This document shows positions 58,355 through 64,000 of a stretch of DNA of 64,000 nucleotides, piece by piece (within the stretch, counting starts at the first letter, position 1; every line of letters starts with the position of its first letter). The notes beneath the pieces were generated by a model. The model was not told where the DNA came from, made no database searches, and saw only the letters and a program-made list of their open reading frames with translations. The translations under genes were made by a program, and so were the position numbers. Origin of the DNA: Promethearchaeota archaeon (GTDB lineage: Archaea; Asgardarchaeota; Lokiarchaeia; Sigyniarchaeales; SOKP01); contig JBHLNT010000001.1 of the NCBI GenBank assembly GCA_048941265.1, positions 1 through 64,000 on the forward strand, in the 5' to 3' direction.

Positions 58355-59377
58355 ATGGTACAAGTTTCAGATAAAATTATTAAAGACGATGGTAAAAAAG
58401 ACGCATTTTTAGGTATAGATGTAGGGTCAGTATCCCTTAAATTCGTGTTAATGGATAGAGATGGTAATGTGCTTACTTCAGTTTTTCTCAGAAATCGTGG
58501 TTCTCCTATTGATTCCGTTAAAGATGGAATGTCAAAATTGAGGGAGCAAATAGAAGCAGATGATAATTTACAAGGATATGCAATTCGTGCATGTGGAACT
58601 ACTGGATCTGCGAGATATTTAACTAAAGCGGTTGTAGGAGGCGACATTGCAAAAACAGAGATCATTGCCCACGCAGTAGGGGCTCAATCAGAATATCCGG
58701 ATGTACGCACAATTTTAGAGATTGGAGGGCAAGATTCTAAAATAATTATTCTTCGTGATGGAATCATAGTGGATTTTGCTATGAATTCTGTTTGTGCCGC
58801 AGGTACCGGCTCATTCCTTGACCACCAAGCGTCGAGATTAGATCTACCCATCGAAGAATTTGGTGATTGGGCGGTAAAATCGAAAAATCCTTTATCAATC
58901 GCGGGCAGGTGTACTGTTTTTGCCGAATCAGATATGATTCATAAGCAAAACGCAGGGTATTCTCGAGAAGATATTATTGCGGGATTATGTGATTCATTAG
59001 TACGAAATTATCTAAATAATTTAGCTAAAGGAAAAGAATTAGAAGAACCCGTTGTCTTTCAAGGGGGAGTATCCTTTAATAAGGGTATTGTTCAAGCCTT
59101 TGAAAGACATTTAAACTGCAAAGTTGTAGTCCCAAAATATAATGTACTGATGGGAGCTCTTGGAATGGCAATTCTTGTTAGAGACCATTTCTTGCGTAAT
59201 GAGACTGAAACTGCTTTTAGAGGGCTTGAAGTAGCAGAAATTAAATTTGTAACCTCTGCTTTTAATTGTGGGGATTGTCCCAATAATTGTGAAATTATCC
59301 AGGTAAAAATGCCCGAATTGGGCAATGAAGTAATAGCCCGCTGGGGCAGCAGATGTGGAAAATGGGAGGTGTTTTAA
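58355..59377 (+). CDS. Acyl-CoA dehydratase activase (BadF/BadG/BcrA/BcrD ASKHA ATPase, 4Fe-4S)
   Basis: LGIDVGSVS, TTGSAR, EIIAH, EIGGQDSK, MNSVCAAGTGSFL, RCTVFAESD, FQGGV, and C-terminal FNCGDCPNNC...SRC. Confidence 0.92.
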   Translation: MVQVSDKIIKDDGKKDAFLGIDVGSVSLKFVLMDRDGNVLTSVFLRNRGSPIDSVKDGMSKLREQIEADDNLQGYAIRACGTTGSARYLTKAVVGGDIAKTEIIAHAVGAQSEYPDVRTILEIGGQDSKIIILRDGIIVDFAMNSVCAAGTGSFLDHQASRLDLPIEEFGDWAVKSKNPLSIAGRCTVFAESDMIHKQNAGYSREDIIAGLCDSLVRNYLNNLAKGKELEEPVVFQGGVSFNKGIVQAFERHLNCKVVVPKYNVLMGALGMAILVRDHFLRNETETAFRGLEVAEIKFVTSAFNCGDCPNNCEIIQVKMPELGNEVIARWGSRCGKWEVF

Positions 59378-59586
59378 AAACGTCCAAACTTTTAAAAGAT
59401 TTTTTAGAATTAGGAAAAGAGTTAGGAAAGGAAATTTTTGAGACGGCTAGCCATAGGGCTAAGCTTTCAACAATTTTTGATTTATTTACAGAAAAAGTTA
59501 TACCCTCTTTCGTTTCCGAAAAGGAACTGAAAGAATATTATGAAAAAAGAATGGAAGAAGTAAATGATTTTATTATTAAATTATAA
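59353..59586 (+). CDS. Small amphipathic hypothetical protein
   Basis: Fills the gap within the operon; start uncertain (ATG 59362, or ACG 59380 behind GGAGGTG). Confidence 0.6.
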   Translation: MWKMGGVLKTSKLLKDFLELGKELGKEIFETASHRAKLSTIFDLFTEKVIPSFVSEKELKEYYEKRMEEVNDFIIKL

Positions 59587-59601
59587 GAGGAGGAAAAAAA
59601 T

Positions 59602-60291
59602 ATGGCTCAAAATGTAGCAATATCGGAAGAAGAAAAACCAAAATTAAATAAAAAACAATTACAGGAGGATGCTTTATACGGTCTAGCTAAAGCAGTAGGA
59701 GGTGCCGTATTAAAGAATTTTGCGGGGTTAAAACTCGAAGGGGAAGAAAATATCCCTTATAGAGGAAGAGCAATCTTAACAACTATAAGTAAAAATGTAA
59801 TACGTGATATGCTAATTTTATCACAATTGACAGGCAGAAAAATCCATTTCATGCTACCAGCGAAATTGATGAAACATCAAGTTGCGGGTCCAATATTTAA
59901 ATCTCTTGGGATGATTCGAGGTACAGAGAGTAAAGATGATACTGAACCGATTGATAAAGTATTCGAAATCATAAATGAAAAAGGGGATTTAGTTGCTATG
60001 ACCCCGGAAGCAAAATATGATCGAGATATACAAGTCAAATCCGTGGCAGGTATAATTAAATTCGCTGTAGCTGCTAATGCTCCAATAATTCCAATCGCAG
60101 TGACTAAAGAAAAGGCAAAATTATTTAATTTGATAACTATCGATGGTATAAAGGTAAAGGTTGGTAAGCCTATTCCTGTTTCAAAGAATTTAAGTCGAGA
60201 AAAATACCGCGATCAGAGATATGAATTAGCTGAGGACATAGTGAACATTATCGATTCTCTAAAATATACGCCAGAACAAGATGAGGACTAA
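59602..60291 (+). CDS. Degenerate PlsC-like acyltransferase (lacks catalytic His)
   Basis: LEGEENIP..G, MTPEA and APIIPIAV, KVGKPI match the LPLAT fold, but HxxxxD reads SKNVIRD. Confidence 0.78.
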   Translation: MAQNVAISEEEKPKLNKKQLQEDALYGLAKAVGGAVLKNFAGLKLEGEENIPYRGRAILTTISKNVIRDMLILSQLTGRKIHFMLPAKLMKHQVAGPIFKSLGMIRGTESKDDTEPIDKVFEIINEKGDLVAMTPEAKYDRDIQVKSVAGIIKFAVAANAPIIPIAVTKEKAKLFNLITIDGIKVKVGKPIPVSKNLSREKYRDQRYELAEDIVNIIDSLKYTPEQDED

Positions 60292-60324
60292 TAATTAGAA
60301 AATTAGATAAAAAATAAAAAAGGA

Positions 60325-60600
60325 GTGAAAAAAGATATGGAAAATCAAGATAATCCAAATATAGAAAAAGCTAAAATTGATTTACCGGAATATACCAAAA
60401 AATTAGAAGAAAAGGCAAAAGAGGCTCTAAACCCGGATAAGATGAAAGAGATGATTTCAGATTTGAAAGTAGACAATGTTGTAGGGGACCTTTTCTATGA
60501 ATCTGTAAAGCTATTCTTTGATATTGGATTCGATCTTGCTGATAAGCTAAATCTTGATTTAATTCAAGATTTTATCAAAAAAGATAATGAGAAAAAATAA
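60325..60600 (+). CDS. Small acidic/amphipathic hypothetical protein
   Basis: Last co-oriented ORF of the operon, with an AGGAG SD and T-tracts downstream. Confidence 0.65.
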   Translation: MKKDMENQDNPNIEKAKIDLPEYTKKLEEKAKEALNPDKMKEMISDLKVDNVVGDLFYESVKLFFDIGFDLADKLNLDLIQDFIKKDNEKK

Positions 60601-60734
60601 ATAAAAAATTTTTTTGGTATTATTTTTTTATCTTAAACTGGACCTTTAGGTTTTTTTTTTGTTAGATTTTGGGATATTAACGAAAAAAGGAAACAAATGA
60701 GAATAATAAATTTATTAAATTTAAAAAAGAGGCT

Positions 60735-61223
60735 TTAATACCTTGTTCTTGTTGACTGAATTCGAAGTTTGGCTTTAGTTTTCTCATCCTTGTCCTGTAA
60801 AATAATGTAACTCGTTTTTTGGGGTAGTTTTATTTCAATTTTCTGTTCGGCGATTGTTTGGTCTTTCTTCAAATGGTCTTGTTCTCTTAAAATAAGATTT
60901 AAATTAACAACTAGCGGTTTTCCTTTTCTAACTGTTTTAAATTCACTCCAAATCGTCATGTCTGCTCGACTTGTGAATTCTTGATTTCTCTGTAATTTAA
61001 TTACCCCCTTATGAGGGAATCGAGATTTTAGCATTTTATCACCATCAATCCGTAGATAAAACTCTCCTACTCTGCCAAGAGAATCATAATCTTTAAGAGT
61101 TTTCAGAGACATAAGATCTACACTTATCTGGAATCTTTCTTTTTCTTTTCCGACATTATCTTGGGTAAATGTTTCTCCTTTTGCATGAGTTTTTTTCCCT
61201 TTCACATAAACTCTTCTTGCCAT
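60735..61223 (-). CDS. Hypothetical protein with a C2-domain-like beta-sandwich
   Basis: LKTLKDYDSLGRVGEFYLRI and LNLILREQDHLKKDQTIAEQKIEI echo C2 loop 1 and loop 3 patterns. Confidence 0.55.
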   Translation of the reverse strand: MARRVYVKGKKTHAKGETFTQDNVGKEKERFQISVDLMSLKTLKDYDSLGRVGEFYLRIDGDKMLKSRFPHKGVIKLQRNQEFTSRADMTIWSEFKTVRKGKPLVVNLNLILREQDHLKKDQTIAEQKIEIKLPQKTSYIILQDKDEKTKAKLRIQSTRTRY

Positions 61224-61367
61224 AAAATATCACTTTATATATTTAATTGTAAAATGACTGAAAGCAAAAATTTTTTTGATTTTGTAGACATAATCTAAAT
61301 TTTTCTATAAAAATCTTTCTCATACAAAATATTTAGCAATTTTGTTAAATAATGTTAATATGATGAA

Positions 61368-62135
61368 TTACCCAATATTTGATTTATCTTTAAAGTGGTA
61401 TAGTATTGCAAGGTTATTCCATGCGATTTCATATTTCGAATCAATTTTTAAGGCTTGTTTAAATGCAGATATTGCTTTTTCAGCTTCATCTATATTTTTA
61501 TATGCTATACCAAGTTTATTCCAAACAGTCTTATTGTTCGGATTAATATTTAACGAGCGTTTGAAGAATTTTATAGCATTTAGAAAGTCATTTTTATTGA
61601 AATAATAGATACCTATTTTCTTCCATATTTTTCCGTTAATAGTATTTATATTAAATTCCTGCTTTCCCGGATTTAATGCCTCATATAATTTGTTTATACG
61701 TTTAAGATCTAAGCCATAATAATTCCATTCATTAAATAATTCGGATTTAATTATCATAGCGTGTTCATGAGCCTTGCTTGCTTTATAAAAATCTCCTATT
61801 TTAGTATAAACCTCACTGAGATTTGCCCATCCACTCTTGTTATTGGGATCTATCTCAAATATCCTTTTAAAAACCTCAATCGCCTTATTGTAATCATGAT
61901 TATCAAGATAAACCTCCCCTAAAGCATTGAGAATTTTCATGTTTTTGGGATCAATTTGTAATAAATATTTGAAAATCTCAATGGATTTTTCAAACATTTT
62001 CGCGTATTTATACGCTAATCCAAGGTTAAACCAGATTGGCAAATTTTTTGTGCCCATTTTTAATGCATTACTAATAACACTAAGTTTAATTTCTGGGTTT
62101 TTCTTGTTTTTCTCAGATTTAATTTCAATGGACAT
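61368..62135 (-). CDS. TPR-repeat protein
   Basis: Repeats of W.NLG..Y......A...F...L.IDP.N. Confidence 0.88.
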   Translation of the reverse strand: MSIEIKSEKNKKNPEIKLSVISNALKMGTKNLPIWFNLGLAYKYAKMFEKSIEIFKYLLQIDPKNMKILNALGEVYLDNHDYNKAIEVFKRIFEIDPNNKSGWANLSEVYTKIGDFYKASKAHEHAMIIKSELFNEWNYYGLDLKRINKLYEALNPGKQEFNINTINGKIWKKIGIYYFNKNDFLNAIKFFKRSLNINPNNKTVWNKLGIAYKNIDEAEKAISAFKQALKIDSKYEIAWNNLAILYHFKDKSNIG

Positions 62136-62285
62136 CTCTTACCAATTTTAAAAGATTTTCGAGTTTTTGATATTTTTTTAGATTTAACTATTTAAAGACG
62201 CATTATTTTGATTAAAAATCAGAAAGATAAATAAGAACCATTCGCAGTTTGACTTTTATATGATAAAACAAAGAACCGTTAAATC

Positions 62286-63248
62286 TTATTTATAATTTAT
62301 GATAACTACACCTATTAGCACGATTATTGCCCCGATAATATTCAATAGGAGTATGGTCTCCGTTCTTTGAAATAGAAAGGAAAATATTAGTGTAATAAAT
62401 GGCTCTATATATAAAAATGATGCGACCTTTGATGATTGAAGCTTTTTTTGGGAGTAATTCCAGGTATAATATCCAAATACAAAGCAAATTAATCCTAAAT
62501 AAATTCCGCATAGTAAAAGTATAATATTTAGGAAATTAATAAGAAAAATATAAAGCTGATTGCTTATTACAACAAAAATGAACAGCTCTAAGCAACCCAA
62601 ATAGCAAATATATTTTAATATTTTAAAATCTGATTGAATATCATGAAATTTTTCTAAGTGCTTAATAATGGTTGAATAAGTTGCCCACAATATAGGTGTA
62701 AGTAAAATGAATACATATCCAATAAATGATGGTGATGCAGGGGTAAATTTTGATATATCACCTCCCGTAATTAAGAAATATGAGCCTACTGAGGCCAATA
62801 GAAAACCAACAATTTTTAATTTGTTTAATTTTTCTTGAAAAAAAATTAGTGAAAATACCGCAATTATTACTGGTGAAACAAGGCAATCATATAATGCGGG
62901 AATTGAAGGTCCGATTAACTCAACGGCAGAATATAAAAAAAAGAGATAAAGTGAGATTCCTGAAAAACTCGCTAATACAATTAAAATCCAAAAATTTAAC
63001 GATGGCATAGAGTCTATTTCCTGAACTTGAATTTGGGGTATCTTGCATTTTTTTCTCAATTTAAGATAGATATCTAAAATTAAGAATGATAACGAGGCTA
63101 CAAATAAACGATATAATGCTACTGATAATGGCGGGATGTATTCAACTGCTATATGAACTATTATAAATGAGATACCCCAAAAGGTAATCATAAGAATTAA
63201 TAAAACATAAACGAATATAACCTTAAAATTAAAAGAATTAGGATTCAT
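62286..63248 (-). CDS. EamA/DMT family transporter
   Basis: FWGISF, PPLSVALYR, FFQEKL, KVASFLYIEP; about 10 TM. Confidence 0.9.
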   Translation of the reverse strand: MNPNSFNFKVIFVYVLLILMITFWGISFIIVHIAVEYIPPLSVALYRLFVASLSFLILDIYLKLRKKCKIPQIQVQEIDSMPSLNFWILIVLASFSGISLYLFFLYSAVELIGPSIPALYDCLVSPVIIAVFSLIFFQEKLNKLKIVGFLLASVGSYFLITGGDISKFTPASPSFIGYVFILLTPILWATYSTIIKHLEKFHDIQSDFKILKYICYLGCLELFIFVVISNQLYIFLINFLNIILLLCGIYLGLICFVFGYYTWNYSQKKLQSSKVASFLYIEPFITLIFSFLFQRTETILLLNIIGAIIVLIGVVIINYK

Positions 63249-64000
63249 AATTAATAATTACTACCGCGATTAAAACGATTATACCTCCTATTATGTTCCA
63301 AACTACAATGACTTCACTTCTTTGAAGTATAAAGGAGAAGAATAGAGTTAAGAATGGTTCAACATAGAGAAATGAAGCTACCTTAGCGGATTTTAAGTTT
63401 TTTTGCGAATATTGCCAAATATAATAACCAATAACATAGCATCCTACACCTAAATAAAGTGCACATAACAAAATCAAAATATTAAAGAAATTTGAAATAA
63501 AAATGTATAATTCTCCATTAATTATGACTAATATAAATAACTCAATGGTGCCAAGATAAGCAGTATATTTTAATAATTTAATGTTAGATTTTTTTCTCGT
63601 AATTTTTTTTGTAACTGTGGCATATACAGCCCACAATAATGGAGTTGAAAGAGCCAAAATATAGCCTATGAAGTTAGGAGATTGCGGAGTGAGATTTTCA
63701 ATATTTCCCCCCGTAACCAAGAAAAAACCGCCAATTGAGGCAATAATAAAACCAGCTATTTTAAGACTAGTTAATTTTTCATTAAAAAAAATTAAAGCTA
63801 ATAAAGTAATAATAACCGGAGCTAACAAACACACAAATAAGGCTGGTAATGAGGGGCCAATCAAACTTATTGCAGTGTATTGAGCAAAAAAGAAGAGAGA
63901 AATACCAGCAAAGCTAGCTATTACAATTAAAGTCCAATCATTTTCATTGAATTTGACATTATCCTCTTTTTGTTGTTTATTATTTACTCCTTTTTTTTTA
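63238..64000 (-). CDS. EamA/DMT family transporter, tandem paralog (5' end outside the window)
   Basis: The frame stays open to the window end (…DWTLIVIASFAGISLFFFAQYTAISLIGPS); FFNEKL, KVASFLYVEP. Confidence 0.88.
   Translation of the reverse strand, partial: KKKGVNNKQQKEDNVKFNENDWTLIVIASFAGISLFFFAQYTAISLIGPSLPALFVCLLAPVIITLLALIFFNEKLTSLKIAGFIIASIGGFFLVTGGNIENLTPQSPNFIGYILALSTPLLWAVYATVTKKITRKKSNIKLLKYTAYLGTIELFILVIINGELYIFISNFFNILILLCALYLGVGCYVIGYYIWQYSQKNLKSAKVASFLYVEPFLTLFFSFILQRSEVIVVWNIIGGIIVLIAVVIINYES

Noticed and set aside
56063-59377. Benzoyl-CoA reductase or 2-hydroxyglutaryl-CoA dehydratase for catabolism
   Set aside because: The subunits show DUF2229-type motifs rather than typical HgdA/B ones, and the neighbours are acyltransferases rather than CoA-transferases or ring-cleavage genes; not excluded, but less likely.
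557-63883. Remaining short (60-112 aa) overlapping ORFs in the track, e.g. 20105, 25491, 37327, 56818, 58327, 61342
   Set aside because: They overlap well-supported genes on the opposite strand or in another frame and have no recognisable motifs.

Overview
AT-rich, gene-dense window that reads as Asgard archaeal (most likely Lokiarchaeia/Promethearchaeota) chromosome. The basis is the density of eukaryotic-signature-like domains: longins, Rab- and Arf-like GTPases, a gelsolin repeat and ESCRT-II-like winged helices. I found no rRNA, tRNA, CRISPR array or mobile element. Three regions stand out. (1) A co-oriented ~20 kb block (1-19917) of three paralogous type I surface glycoproteins with a conserved Tyr/basic cytoplasmic tail, an acidic protein resembling the mu-adaptin/delta-COP homology domain, two helical + beta-sandwich paralogs (one with gelsolin) and two longin-TPR-longin paralogs; this is a candidate proto-coat/cargo-adaptor system. 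(2) Two membrane-anchored proteins that each carry two Vps22/36 (EAP30)-like units (36380-39856). (3) An operon (53554-60600) joining PlsC-type acyltransferases to a split PlsA/PlsR (plasmalogen synthase/glycerol ester reductase)-like module, with a C2-like gene next to it; this is a candidate bacterial-type acyl/ether lipid pathway in an archaeon. Several genes appear to start at near-cognate codons. The rest is metabolism and transport (nadB, ADH synthase, acyl-CoA dehydrogenase, MFS, DMT and others). All domain calls are by-eye motif recognition, not database searches.
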